A DNA stretch of 64,000 nt from an uncultured Chloroflexia bacterium (GTDB lineage Bacteria; Chloroflexota; Limnocylindria; Limnocylindrales; CSP1-4): the NCBI GenBank assembly GCA_963712745.1, contig CAVQJC010000017.1, forward strand, positions 224,001-288,000, given 5' to 3'. The notes under the pieces are model-generated. The model saw only the letters and a list, made by a program, of their open reading frames with translations. It ran no database searches and was not told the origin of the DNA. Shown here piece after piece: positions 1-10,753 of this stretch. Numbering within the stretch: the first letter of the stretch is position 1; each line of letters opens with the position of its first letter. Both the position numbers and the translations under genes were made by a program.

Positions 1-1
1 G

Positions 2-1363
2 GCCGGCGCGCGCGGCCGCGAGGCCAAGGCAGCCATATTCGCCGACCTGGTGCGCCGGGCCGAGCCGCTGAGCGCTCGCTATGTCACGGCCATCCTGGGT
101 GGGGAGCTTCGCATCGGCCTGCGCGAGGGGCATCTGGAGAAGGGCATCGCTCTCGCCTTCGGACGAGACCTGTCGGCGGTGCAGTGGGCGGGCATGCTCA
201 CTGGAGACATCGGCCGGACCGCCCGCCTGGCCCGCGAGGATGCCCTCGACAGCGCCCGCCTGGCGCTCTTCCACCCGCTCAAGTCGATGCTGGCCTCGGC
301 GGTAGCGGACGAGGCCGAGGCAATGACGCGCCTCTCGCCGCCGGCATGGGTAGAGGACAAGTACGACGGTATCCGCGCGCAGCTGCACGTGGAGGGCTCC
401 GAGGTCCGATTGTTCAGCCGCGACCTCAACGACATCAGCGGCCAGTTCCCCGAGGTCAACGAGGCGGCGGCCGGGGCCGGCTGGGCTGGCATCCTCGATG
501 GTGAGATCCTGGGCTGGAAGGACGGGGCAGTGCTGCCGTTCCTGGCGCTGCAGACGCGGCTCGGGCGCAAGAAACCATCGCCGGAGGTGCTCGCCGAAGT
601 GCCGGTCATCTACGTCGCCTTCGACGTGCTGGCGCTGGGCGAGGGAGGGGCTTCGCCACAGCCGGTCCTGCGCCGGCCGCTGCGGGAGCGGCGTGCACTC
701 CTCGAAGGGCTCGGGCTGGCGACGACCCCTGGCTTCGGCCTGGCCTCGCTCGTCGATGCCTCGGATGAACGGGAGCTCGAGCGCATATTCGCCCAAGCCC
801 AGGAGCGCGGCAACGAGGGCCTGATGCTCAAGGACCCCGAGTCCAGCTATGCCCCCGGCCGCCGGGGCTACGCCTGGCTCAAGCTCAAGAAGGCGCTCAC
901 CACGCTCGACTGTGTGGTAGTGGGGGTGGAGGTCGGGCACGGCCGGCGGCACGGCTTGCTGTCCGACTACACCTTCGCCGTGATCGATGACCGCCCCGAC
1001 GCGGCCGAGAGCTCCCTTGTCACCATCGGCAAGGCCTACAGCGGGCTGACCGACGCCGAGATCGCGCAGATGACGCGCTGGTTCGAGGCCCACACCATCG
1101 AAAGGCACGGGCGCTACCGCCGCGTGGAGCCGACGGTGGTCGTGGAGATCGCCTTCGACGTGATCCACGCCTCCAACCGGCACAAGTCCGGGTACGCGCT
1201 GCGGTTCCCGCGCATCGTCCGCATCCGCGAGGACAAGGGACCGGCCGAGGTCGATGCGCTGAGCACCGTGGCCGCCCTCCACGAGCGGTTGCAGCTGGCC
1301 GGTCGCTACGGCGTGCTCACCGCCGGCGCTCCCGATTCGGACGACGAAAGTGGCTCGGGCTGA
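2..1363 (+). CDS. lig: ATP-dependent DNA ligase (LigB-like), 5' end runs off window
   Basis: Motifs EDKYDGIR (I), LDGE (III), AFDVL (IIIa), EGLMLK (IV), WLKLK (V), LRFPRIVRIREDK (VI); frame open from position 2. Confidence 0.95.
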   Translation, partial: AGARGREAKAAIFADLVRRAEPLSARYVTAILGGELRIGLREGHLEKGIALAFGRDLSAVQWAGMLTGDIGRTARLAREDALDSARLALFHPLKSMLASAVADEAEAMTRLSPPAWVEDKYDGIRAQLHVEGSEVRLFSRDLNDISGQFPEVNEAAAGAGWAGILDGEILGWKDGAVLPFLALQTRLGRKKPSPEVLAEVPVIYVAFDVLALGEGGASPQPVLRRPLRERRALLEGLGLATTPGFGLASLVDASDERELERIFAQAQERGNEGLMLKDPESSYAPGRRGYAWLKLKKALTTLDCVVVGVEVGHGRRHGLLSDYTFAVIDDRPDAAESSLVTIGKAYSGLTDAEIAQMTRWFEAHTIERHGRYRRVEPTVVVEIAFDVIHASNRHKSGYALRFPRIVRIREDKGPAEVDALSTVAALHERLQLAGRYGVLTAGAPDSDDESGSG

Positions 1364-1400
1364 GCGATGATGTGTCGGTGATCCCACTGCGAGAGAGGCT

Positions 1401-2558
1401 GTGAACGAGCCTCCCAGCCGCTTCGACCGTGTCAGCGGACTGCGGGACGTCCTGACCGCCACCGGCGCCGGCATCTACCTGGCTACCCACCAGGCCGGTC
1501 CTATCCCGGTCGAGACGCAGGCCGCTGTCCACGAGTCCGACGAGATGGAGCTGCGCGTCGGCCGAGCTGGCCGCGACCGAGCCGACGACCTCGACCAGCG
1601 CGAACGAGAGGCCAGGGCAGTGGTCGCGGCCGTGCTCAAGGCTGTGCCGGAGCGGATCGTGCTGACCCACGGTGCGGCCGATGCGGCGCGGATGATCGCC
1701 CTGGAGGTTCTCGAAGGCGGCGAGGCGCCGCAGCGTGTGCTGTTCCTGCCGGGAGTGGACAGGGCCATGGCCGCTGCCGTTCGCGACGTGGCCGAAGTCG
1801 CCGGGGCGGAGGTGGAGGTGGCCTCGGATGTGCCGCGCATCATCGCGGCCGACGTGGCGCTGGTGGTGCTGGCCCATGTCGATGCCGACGGCCGACTGAC
1901 CGATCCGGCGCCGGTGGCCGAGGCCGCGCACAAGGCCGGCGCCCGCGTGCTCCTCGATGTCGGCCTCAGCGCCGGCGCGTGGCCTACCGACGTGGCCGTG
2001 ATGGGGGCCGATTTCGTGGTCGCGGAGGTGCACCGCTGGCTGCTCGGTCCCGAAGCGGTCGCGTGCGCCTGGATCACCCCCGATCTCGATCCCGAACTGC
2101 CGGAGTGGCTGCGCCAGGCCTCCGCCGGGTTCGGCCGGGGTGCGCTGCTGAGCCTGGCACGGAGCGTCGGCTGGCTGCTGATGTACGTGGAGTTGCCCTG
2201 GGCCATCGATCGCACCGTCGCACTCGCCGACGGCCTGTACGCGGATCTCGCGGCCATCGACGGGGTCGAGCTGCTGGCTGACCCGGGGGCACACGGGCCG
2301 GTGGCCACCTTCCGCATCAGCGGCTGGGACGCCGAGGGCGCCGTCGACGAGCTCTCACGTAGCATCTTCGCCATCGTCGAGGCCGATGCTGAGGCGGATG
2401 TCATCCGCGCCAGCGTGGGTGCCTGGAACCGGGAGAAGGAGCTGGTGCGCTTCACCGAGCGAGTCGCCGAGCTGGCCGCCCATACGCCCGAGTCGCTGCC
2501 CAGGCGGCCGTCACTGACGATCCTCAGCGGGCCGCTCGATCCCGAGGAGGATGCGTGA
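1401..2558 (+). CDS. Class V aminotransferase / cysteine desulfurase-fold protein with degenerate PLP site
   Basis: IYLATHQAGP N-terminus, ARxxVA, VLLDVGLSAG, DFVVAEVHRWLLGP (canonical SxHKW has K->R), IRASVGAWN. Confidence 0.8.
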   Translation: MNEPPSRFDRVSGLRDVLTATGAGIYLATHQAGPIPVETQAAVHESDEMELRVGRAGRDRADDLDQREREARAVVAAVLKAVPERIVLTHGAADAARMIALEVLEGGEAPQRVLFLPGVDRAMAAAVRDVAEVAGAEVEVASDVPRIIAADVALVVLAHVDADGRLTDPAPVAEAAHKAGARVLLDVGLSAGAWPTDVAVMGADFVVAEVHRWLLGPEAVACAWITPDLDPELPEWLRQASAGFGRGALLSLARSVGWLLMYVELPWAIDRTVALADGLYADLAAIDGVELLADPGAHGPVATFRISGWDAEGAVDELSRSIFAIVEADAEADVIRASVGAWNREKELVRFTERVAELAAHTPESLPRRPSLTILSGPLDPEEDA

Positions 2559-2974
2559 CCGACGAGGACGGCTCCGCCCCGGAGTCCACTCCCCAGCGCG
2601 AGGTCCGTCACCGCCCGGAGTGGGAGATCCGCTGGCGCCAGGCGCGCAATGCCCCGCCCCCGGTGGTGCGTGCGGTGCTGGCCAACGTGGCAGTGGCTAC
2701 CGTCGGTGGCATCGTCCTGCTGCTGACCGACTGGCTGGCCAGCCAGGGGGTGCTGCCGGCCTTCCTGCTCGACCTGGGGCCACTCATCTACGTGGCCGTG
2801 GTCATCGTCAGCGGAAGCGTCTTCACCTACCTCTGGGTCGAGCTGCCCACCGGCGTCCCCGGCGAGAAGCGCAGCTCCCCCTGGGCTGCCGTGCTCGGCT
2901 TCTTCGCCAGCATCCCCATCGTCTACCTCGCGCTGGTGATCATCTTCGAGGTCCTGCGCCCGCTCTTGCCGTAG
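2555..2974 (+). CDS. Hypothetical membrane protein (about 3 TM)
   Basis: Three hydrophobic segments; GTGA overlap with upstream stop; GAGGAGG RBS. Confidence 0.75.
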   Translation: MTDEDGSAPESTPQREVRHRPEWEIRWRQARNAPPPVVRAVLANVAVATVGGIVLLLTDWLASQGVLPAFLLDLGPLIYVAVVIVSGSVFTYLWVELPTGVPGEKRSSPWAAVLGFFASIPIVYLALVIIFEVLRPLLP

Positions 2975-3017
2975 TGCCTGCTAGCATCGACGTGTCGCGC
3001 GACGGCGCCACTCCGAT

Positions 3018-3093
3018 GGGGGAGTAGCTCAACGGTTAGAGCGGTCGGCTTATATCCGACTGGTTCCAGGTTCGAATCCAGGCTCCCCTACCA
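3018..3093 (+). tRNA. tRNA-Ile, anticodon UAU
   Basis: 76-nt cloverleaf: acceptor GGGGGAG/CTCCCCT, D stem GCTC/GAGC, anticodon stem GTCGG/CCGAC with loop CT-TAT-AT (TAT at 3051-3053), GGTTCGAATCC T-arm, discriminator A and encoded CCA. Confidence 0.93.
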
Positions 3094-3200
3094 ACCCCCA
3101 GCACTCTGGGCGCCTGGCGCAGGACTCGCGTCACGGACACACGAAGGCCGCGCGGCCGACCCTTTCGAGTCTGCACGCGCGGCCCGTGCTGCAAGCGCCA

Positions 3201-3224
3201 GTCAGCTACCGATCGGTAGCTGAC
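3201..3224. terminator. Perfect 24-bp palindrome, probable bidirectional terminator
   Basis: GTCAGCTACCGATCGGTAGCTGAC between the convergent tRNA and sugar-binding-protein gene. Confidence 0.6.
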
Positions 3225-3246
3225 AGCACCCGCTTGAGGGTCCGAG

Positions 3247-4251
3247 TTATGCGGCGCAGTTCGGGCTGCTGCCGGGCTCGTCGACCGGAGCGAACTGGTA
3301 GTAGTCGCACGCGTTGTCCGGGGTGAGCAGCACCATGTCGATGTACTGCTTCTCGGGGAGGTCGGTGCTGCCGCGTCTTGATGTAGGCGTCCGCCTGCTC
3401 GGCCGACTGGAGATCGCCATCTCGGCGACCGGCTGCAGCGAGGTGGCCTTCAGCTCACCGGCGTTGATGGACATGATGGCGTCATCGCTGCCGTCGAAGC
3501 CGACCACGATGATGTCATCCATGCCGGCAGCCATGACCGCGGCCTGGGCGCCGAGTGCCATGGTGTCGTTGCCGGCGATGATGCCCTTGACGTCGGGGTA
3601 CTGCTGGAGCAGCTGCTCGGTGACCTGGAAGCCCTCGTCCTGGCTCCAGTTGGCGGTCTGCTGGGCGACCATCTCCAGGCTCGGGGATCTCGTCGAGGAC
3701 GTCGTGGTAGCCCTGGCTGCGGACGCTGCGCGTTGGTGTCCGTGTCGCGACCGGTCAGCTCGATGTAGGTGCCCTCTTCGCCCATCAGCTCGGCCGCAGT
3801 ACTCGGCGAGGATGGTGGCGCCCTGGTAGTTGTTGGAGACGATCTGGGCCACGGCCACGCCGTCCTGCGTGATCTCGCGGTCGACGAGGAAGCTGCGGAC
3901 GCCCGCGTCGGCGGCCAAGCTGGACCGCAGCCACGCTGGCGTCAGCGCCTGCGTTGTCGAGGATGATGGCGAGGGCGCCCTGCGCGACGCAGGTCTCGAA
4001 GAGCTCGGCCTGCAGCGACGGCGTCGTCGTTGTGGACGAGGCGGTCTGGTGCGTGTAGCCCAGTTCCTCGGCCTTGTCCGCAGCGATCTGCTGCATGGCG
4101 CCGAAGAAGGGGTTCTCCACGCCCGGCACGATGACGCAGATCAGGCCGCCCTCGGCCATCTCGTCGTCCTGCCCGAGGCGACCATGCCGGTCGAGGCCGT
4201 GAGCGCCAGGGCAGCGCTGAGCGCCAGCGCGGTGTGCGTCTTGTTGAACAT
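3247..4251 (-). CDS. Monosaccharide ABC substrate-binding protein, D-apiose-binding type (RbsB fold); several frameshifts
   Basis: Joined ORF pieces give a signal peptide (MFNKTHTALAL), ENPFF, AIILDNAGADAS, DREI, QIVSNNYQGA, ANWSQ, GNDTMA, VVGFDGS; GGAGG RBS before ATG 4251. Confidence 0.85.
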
Positions 4252-4268
4252 CCGTTCCTCCATTCTTC

Positions 4269-5456
4269 TCACTTCGTGGGCCGGCCCATCCGGCCCACTC
4301 CGTTCACTCCTCGGGTGTGTTCAGCGTCGTCCCTGTCGCTCCTCCTTTCAGGTGCTGCCGCTGTCGGCGTGTCGGAGTCGTCTGCGTGGATGACCTGGGC
4401 GGCCTGCTGCTGCAGGGCCAGCCGCCGCTCGGCGCGCTGCTGGAGCTGGTCGATGATCAGGGCCAGCACGATGACGGTGCCGGTGATGATCAGCTCCGGA
4501 ACGACGGAGATGCCCATCAGCGTCAGGCCGTTGTTGAGCGTGCCGATGACGAACGCGCCGATGATCGTGCCGAGGATGGTTCCGCGGCCGCCGGCGAGCG
4601 AGGTGCCGCCAAGCACGACCGCGGCGATGGCGTAGAGCTCGTAGTACAGGCCGATGGCGGGGTGTGCCGCCACGAGCTGGCTGGCGATGATGAGGCCGAC
4701 CGTGGCGGCGCAGAAGGCACTGATCATGTAGACGATCATCTTGGTGCGGTTGACGCGCACGCCCGAGAGTTCCGCGGAGCGCTCGTTGCCACCGACCGCG
4801 TAGACGGCCCGCCCGAACGGGCGTCCGCGTGGTCACGAACCAGGCCACCACCGCGAAGAGCACGAGGATGACGATGGCCCAGGGGACGACCCCGAAGGCC
4901 TCGCCGGTGCCCAGCTCGCGGAAACCGGTGTTGCCCAGCTCCTCCTTGCCGACGAGGTTGGGATAGGTCCCACCGTTGTTGATGATCCCGGCCAGGCCAC
5001 GGGCGACCATGAGCATGCCCAACGTGGCGATGAACGGGGCCACGTTGAAGCGGGTGATGATGAAGCCGCTGACGGCGCCCATGAAGGTGCCCGCCGCCAA
5101 GCGAGATGACCAGCACCATCCAGGTGTGCGGGAAGATGACCCAGTCGGCGACCTGTCAGGCCTTCGTGGATGAGCAGGCCGGCGACGATGCCGGTGAAAC
5201 CGACGATCGAGCCGACCGAGAGGTCGATGCCGCCGGTCAGGATGACGAAGGTCATGCCGATGGCGAGGATGCCGTTGAGCGCCGTCTGCTTGATGAGGAT
5301 CTCGATGTTGGCGCCAGTGAGGAAGGCACTCTCCACCCAGGCGAAGAACAGCACCAGCACGATGAGCGCGATGAAGGCGCGACCGCGGAGCAGGAACTGG
5401 GCGACCTCGGTCCGGGTCATGCCGCGCGTCTTGTCGGCCTGCGCATTCGCCGTCAC
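4269..5456 (-). CDS. Sugar ABC permease (RbsC family); frameshifted
   Basis: GMTFVILTGGIDLSVGS, PFIATLG, YELYAIAAVVLGGTSLAGGRG spread over three frames. Confidence 0.88.
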
Positions 5457-5491
5457 TGGATCACCTCGACGGTCCCACTTTCATTGCCTAC

Positions 5492-7059
5492 TCAGCTGTC
5501 GACCGCCGGTCCGTGACCGATGGCCGACGCGTCGACCAGCTCCTTCTCGGTCGCCCGGTCGCCCTCGAACTCGGCCACGACCTCGCCCTTGCTGAGCACG
5601 AGGATGCGGTCGGACATGGCCATGACCTCCTTGAGCTCCGAGGAGACGAAGACGATGCCGAAGCCCTCGCTGGCGAGGCGGCTCATGATCTGGAAGATCT
5701 CGGACTTGGCGCCCACGTCGATGCCACGCGTGGGCTCGTCGAGCAGCAGCACCCTGGGCTCGGTCATCAGGCCCTTGGCCACGACGACCTTCTGCTGGTT
5801 GCCGCCGCTGAGCGAGTCGATGCTGTTGCGCGGGATCGGCCACGCGGACCGAGAGGTCGTCGATCATCTGGTCGACCGCGGCACGTTCCTTGCGCAGCGG
5901 ACAGGTAGAACCGGTTGAGGTAGCGCTTCAGCGAGGCCAGGACCATGTTGTGGGCCACCGACAGCGTCGGCACCAGGCCCACCGTCTTGCGGTCCTCGGG
6001 CACGAGCACGACGCCGGCGTCGATGCGGTCGGCCACCGATGCATGCGGCGAGTCCCTGCCCTCGAGGCAGGACCTCGCCGCTGGCCTCGGGTCGGATGCC
6101 GGCGAGCACCTCCATGAGCTCGGTGCGACCGGCGCCCATGAGCCCGTACAGGCCGAGGATCTCGCCGGCGTGGACCTCGAGCGAGACGTGGTCGAGCAGG
6201 TAGCCGCCGCCGAGCCGCGGCAGCGTCACGTCCTTGACCTCGAGCAGCGTCTCGCCGACGTCGTGCTCGGTGCGGCGAGAACAGCGAGGCCGGCGAGCGG
6301 CCGACCATCTGCTCGATGATCCAGGCCACGTCCACGTCGGCGGTCTCCGCGTGGGCCACGATCGCTGCCGTCGCGCAGGACCGTGATGCGGTCGCCGACC
6401 TGCAGCAGCTCCTCGAGCTTGTGGCTGATGTAGACGATGGCCACGCCACGCGCCTTGAGGTCGGCGATGATGCGGAAGAGGCCCTCGACCTCGGCCTGGC
6501 TAAGCGCGGAGGTGGGCTCATCCATGATCAGCACGCGCACGTCGTGCGTGAGCGCCTTGGCGATCTCGACGATCTGCTGCTGGCCGATGCGCAGGTTGCC
6601 GACCAGCTCATCGGGGTCGATGTCCTGGCCCAGCCGCTCGAAGAGCTCGAGCGCCAGCTTCCGCTGCGCTGCGCGGTCGATGGCCGGGCCGCGGGTGATC
6701 TCCTGGGCCAGGAAGAGGTTGTCCAGCACCGTCAGGTTGGTGCACAGGTTGAGCTCCTGGAAGATGATGCCGACGCCGTGCTGGGCCGCGTCGGTGACGC
6801 GTGGGCAGGACCACCGGCTCGCCGTCGATCGAGGATGCGACCGTCGGTCGGCTGCTCGACGCCCGCGAGGACCTTCATCAGCGTCGACTTGCCGGCGCCG
6901 TTCTCGCCCACGAGCACATTGACCTCGGCCTTCGAAGACGTCGAAGGTGACGTCGTCGAGCGCGGTCGTGCCCGGGAAGACCTTGGTGATGTGCTCGGCG
7001 CGCATGGGTACGCGCAGCGACATCGGCTGCGGTGTGGCAACCGGCGCAGCCATCGTCAT
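5492..7059 (-). CDS. Sugar ABC ATPase (RbsA-type, two NBDs); frameshifted
   Basis: [46 protein letters not shown] in alternating frames. Confidence 0.9.
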
Positions 7060-7749
7060 CGCTCGATGACCTCGATGGGCACGAGCTCGATCTGGCTGAC
7101 GTCGATGGTCGGCTGGTTGAAGGTGCGCAGCGTGAAGGCGCCGGTGAAGTCGATGGTCTTGCCCTGCAGGTTCTCCTTGTCGAGGTCCTCGAGGTCGGCC
7201 ACGACCTTCTTGTTGATCTCCTTGGCGACCTTGCCGTACTCGGTCTGATCGCTGAAGTCGTTGAACTCGATGAAGCCGGTGGCATCGCGGACCGAGGTTT
7301 CGTCACTGGGGATGCGCGTGCCGATCCAGGCGCGGAGTCTGATGGGTCCGTCGTAGCCGTCGAGGTCGATGCCGATGCTGCCCTTGCTGCTCTCGATGTC
7401 GACGTCGGTGACGCGTGCCGCTACCGGTGACGCGGTAGACGTGTGCGTCGCCGGTGGTGATGCGTCCGAGCTCCTCGGCGACGGGCTTCAACTCCTCGGT
7501 GGCGATCATGCCGTCGGGCCCCGGCTCGATCTCGTTGAGCACGTCGGCGAGCGGCACGGCGTTGTCACGGATGGCGGTCTTCACCGTCTCCCAGTTGTCC
7601 TCGACGTAGACGACCGGGTCGAACTCGACGGTGAGCGCCGCCTCCTCTTCGGTGGAGACGACGGTGAAGCCGAACAGCAGCGCCACCACCGCGAAGACCG
7701 CCACGGCCACGATGCCGACGGCCATGCCCGGACTGACTCTCTCCCTCAT
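7056..7749 (-). CDS. DUF2291-family exported protein associated with apiose/erythritol ABC systems; frameshifted
   Basis: N-terminal [39 protein letters not shown]; ATGA overlaps on both sides. Confidence 0.8.
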
Positions 7750-8756
7750 GCCACCTCTACTCCCATGGGTTCGTTGCTCGTGCTGCCGTGATCCGATGCA
7801 GAGTCCGTCGCCAGCAGGCGCTCCGCGGTGTAGGTGTCGGTGATGAGGCAGTTGATCCAGCCGCCAACGATGGCCGCACGGATGGCCTCGGTCTTGCCAG
7901 GCCCGCCGGCCACGGCGATGGCGCGAGGCACGCGGCGCAATTGCTCGAGCTCGATGCCGATGACGCGGCCGTCCAGCGGCGTGTCCACCGGCCGGCCGTC
8001 CGCGCACAGGTAGCGCAGGCCGATATCGCCCACGGCCCCGGCCTCGCGGACCGTGCGTAGCTCCTCGGAGGAGAAGACGTTGCCGGAGCTGGCCAGCAGG
8101 CCGGATGTCTCCTGGCCGCCGATGCCGACCAGGGCCACGTCGAGCTCGTCGAAGAGCGCCATGGCGCGGGCCACGTACGGGTCTTGCACCAGCACCTCTC
8201 GGGCACCGGCCGAGCCGACGCTGCTGGGCGCCGGCAGGAACGTGCCCTCGCCGTGGAGCAGGTTGGCCATGCGCCGCACGAGGTGGGTCGCGTGGCCTTC
8301 CGCGGCCGGGTCGCCGCCCCCGCCGAGGATCTGCACCACGCGCACGTCCTTGACGCCACTGACCGGGTGCATGGCGTCGACCATGGCCAGCAGCGTGGCG
8401 CTCCACGAGCTGACGCCGATGACGTCGCCGGAGCGCACGGTGGATTCCACGTGGAAGGCCGCTGCGGCCCCGAGTTCGCGCACCGCAGCAGCGTCGTCGT
8501 CGCGGGAGATGTCGACGATCTCGGCCTCGGCCAGGCCGAAGCGGGCTTCGAGGGCTTCCTCGAGCTCAGGGTTGGTGCCGCTGGGCGCGCGAACGCTGAT
8601 GCGTACGATGTCCTCGTCCTGGGCCCCCTTGAGCAGTCGCGAGACCTTGGGCTGAGACAGGCGCAATCGAGACGCGATCTCGGGCTGCTTCAGGCCCACC
8701 TCGTAGTAGAGCCGTGCGACGCGGGTCATCAGGCGAAGTTCGTCGGCCCGTGCCAT
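7746..8756 (-). CDS. SorC/DeoR-family sugar-phosphate-binding transcriptional regulator
   Basis: VARLYY..Q.EIA..L..SQPKVSRLL HTH, IGVSSWS, DVALVGIG, GAVGDI, K.EAIRAA..GG.IN.LITD. Confidence 0.93.
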   Translation of the reverse strand: MARADELRLMTRVARLYYEVGLKQPEIASRLRLSQPKVSRLLKGAQDEDIVRISVRAPSGTNPELEEALEARFGLAEAEIVDISRDDDAAAVRELGAAAAFHVESTVRSGDVIGVSSWSATLLAMVDAMHPVSGVKDVRVVQILGGGGDPAAEGHATHLVRRMANLLHGEGTFLPAPSSVGSAGAREVLVQDPYVARAMALFDELDVALVGIGGQETSGLLASSGNVFSSEELRTVREAGAVGDIGLRYLCADGRPVDTPLDGRVIGIELEQLRRVPRAIAVAGGPGKTEAIRAAIVGGWINCLITDTYTAERLLATDSASDHGSTSNEPMGVEVA

Positions 8757-8757
8757 G

Positions 8758-9705
8758 TCAGTTTGCGACGACCTCCCGTGCGCCGGCAGCGATGCCCTCC
8801 GGGTCCAAGCCGTAGCGGTCCAGGAGGAACGTCGGCGAGCCCGTGGGACAGAAGCCGGGGAAGCCCAGCAGGCGCATGGGCACAGGTCGTTCGCTGACCA
8901 CGACCTCGGCCACGGCGCCACCGAGCCCACCGCGAACGATGGCCTCCTCGGCCGTGACGATGCCCTTGGTCTCGCTCGCCGCGGCGACGATGGCCGCGCG
9001 GTCGATGGGGGAGACGGTGGCCATGTTGATGACGCGTGCCTCGATGCCACTGGCCGCGAGGATGTCGGCCGCGGCCAGGGCGCGCGTGACCAGGACACCG
9101 TTGCTGATGATGGTGACGTCGTCGCCATCGCGTAACTGGATGGCCTTGCCGATCTCGAACTGGTAGCCGTCGGGATGGACGACCGGCACGCCGATGCGAC
9201 TGGTGCGGATGAAGACCGGGCCCTCGTACTCGTACGCGGCACGGACGGCCTGCGCGGTCTCGACCGGGTCGGCTGGCACGATGACGACGAGCCGGTCGAT
9301 GGCCCGCGTCCAGGCGATGTCCTCGATGGAGTGGTGGGTGGGCCCGAGCTCACCATAGGCCACGCCGCTGCTGACACCCACGAGCTTGACATTGGCACCG
9401 CTGTAGGCCGCGTCGACCTTGATCTGCTCGAGCGCGCGTGCGGTCAGGAATGGGCTGGCGCCCGCAACGAACGGGATCTTGCCGCCGTTGGCCAGGCCTG
9501 CTCCGATGCCCACCATGTCCTGTTCGGCGATACCGACATTGACGACACGCTCAGGCATGACCGCCGCGAGTTTGGAGATCTTGGTCGAACCGACAGAGTC
9601 GTTGACCACGGCCAGGATCCGCTGGTCCGCCCCCGCGAGCTCGATGAGCGTGTCGACGAAGGCGTCACGACAGTCGTAGAGCTGGACTGGAGCTTCGGCA
9701 GTCAC
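8758..9705 (-). CDS. aptB: Transketolase C-terminal subunit (apulose-4-phosphate transketolase subunit B-like)
   Basis: DCRDAF, NVGIAEQDM, RALEQIK, ELGPTHHS, EEA..RGGLG; GTG start overlapping upstream stop; aptB call depends on context. Confidence 0.8.
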   Translation of the reverse strand: MTAEAPVQLYDCRDAFVDTLIELAGADQRILAVVNDSVGSTKISKLAAVMPERVVNVGIAEQDMVGIGAGLANGGKIPFVAGASPFLTARALEQIKVDAAYSGANVKLVGVSSGVAYGELGPTHHSIEDIAWTRAIDRLVVIVPADPVETAQAVRAAYEYEGPVFIRTSRIGVPVVHPDGYQFEIGKAIQLRDGDDVTIISNGVLVTRALAAADILAASGIEARVINMATVSPIDRAAIVAAASETKGIVTAEEAIVRGGLGGAVAEVVVSERPVPMRLLGFPGFCPTGSPTFLLDRYGLDPEGIAAGAREVVAN

Positions 9706-10534
9706 GCCCGACTCCCTTCCAGCTCGGCCACAGCCTGGGCGTACTCCTCGTCGGTGGGCACGCGGTGGTGCCACTCCTTGCGATCCTCGATGAAGGAGAC
9801 GCCTTTGCCCTTGGTGGTGTTGGCGATGAGGCAGTTGGGCTGGCCGGGTGCGAAGGGGAGGGCGGCGAAGGCCTCGAGCAGGGCGGCGTGATCGTGGCCG
9901 TCGACCTCGCGGACGGCCCAGCCGAAGGCCTCGAACTTGTCGGGCAGCGGGTCGAGGCCCATGGTCAGCTCGGTGCGGTCACCCTGCTGTAGGCGATTGC
10001 GGTCGACGATGCAGACGAGCTTGTCCAGCCCAAAGTGGCCGGCCGACATGGCCGCTTCCCACATCGACCCTTCCTGCAGCTCGCCGTCGCCGGTGAGCAC
10101 GAACGTGCGCCGCGAGGCGTCGTCCATCTGGCCCGAGAGTGCGATGCCGACGGCCACCGGGAAGCCGTGGCCCAGCGGCCCGGTGTTGGTCTCGACGCCG
10201 GGCACCTTGTTGCGGTCGGGGTGACCGTTGAGGCGAGAGAGCGGCGCGAGGAAGGTGTCCAGCTCGGCGACGTCGAAGTAGCCGGCCATGGCCAGCGTGG
10301 TGTACAGCGCCGCGGCCGAGTGACCCTTGCTGAGCACGAAGCGGTCGCGCTCGGGATCGTCTGGGGTTCTGCGGGTCGTAGCGGAGCACGCCGCCGAAGA
10401 AGAGCGTGACCAGGATGTCCGATGGCCGAGAACTCGCCGCCGATGTGACCGAGCCCCGCGGAGTGGACCATCTTGATGTCGCGCAGGCGCACGTCGATGG
10501 CGCGCTGCCGGAGTGTCGCCGTGATGTCAGCCAT
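9702..10534 (-). CDS. aptA: Transketolase N-terminal subunit (apulose-4-phosphate transketolase subunit A-like); frameshifted near 10360-10420
   Basis: GHIGGEFS, LSKGHSA, LNGHP, NTGPLGHG, ThDP motif GDGELQEGS, TTKGKG, WHH. Confidence 0.8.
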
Positions 10535-10640
10535 GATCGTCGCTTCTGATGCTTCCTAGCTGCGGTGCTGGTCTGCCGAGGCATCGACCTCCTCTGCTCG
10601 CGCCCGGGTGGCTGCTTGCCGGGGCCCGATGTCGATGCCA

Positions 10641-10704
10641 TGAATGGCTATGCATCTGTGTATGAACCAGCGACAGCATAGGAATGCAGTAGTGAATATG
10701 TCAA
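10641..10704 (-). promoter_or_regulatory. Sigma70-type promoter of the transketolase/ABC operon with two putative SorC operators
   Basis: Minus strand TTGACA (10704-10699)-N18-TATGCT (10680-10675); 14-bp boxes TGAATGGCTATGCA (10641-10654) and AGCATAGGAATGCA (10675-10688). Confidence 0.65.
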
Positions 10705-10753
10705 TGGTGACCCGCCGACTACGCGTTCCCGCGACGATGGTCACAACGGTGTC

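Noticed and set aside
7303-9398. Long ORFs 7303-8406 and 7746-9398 as fusion proteins
   Set aside because: Upstream parts are off-frame read-through of neighbouring genes; real starts are 7749 and 8756
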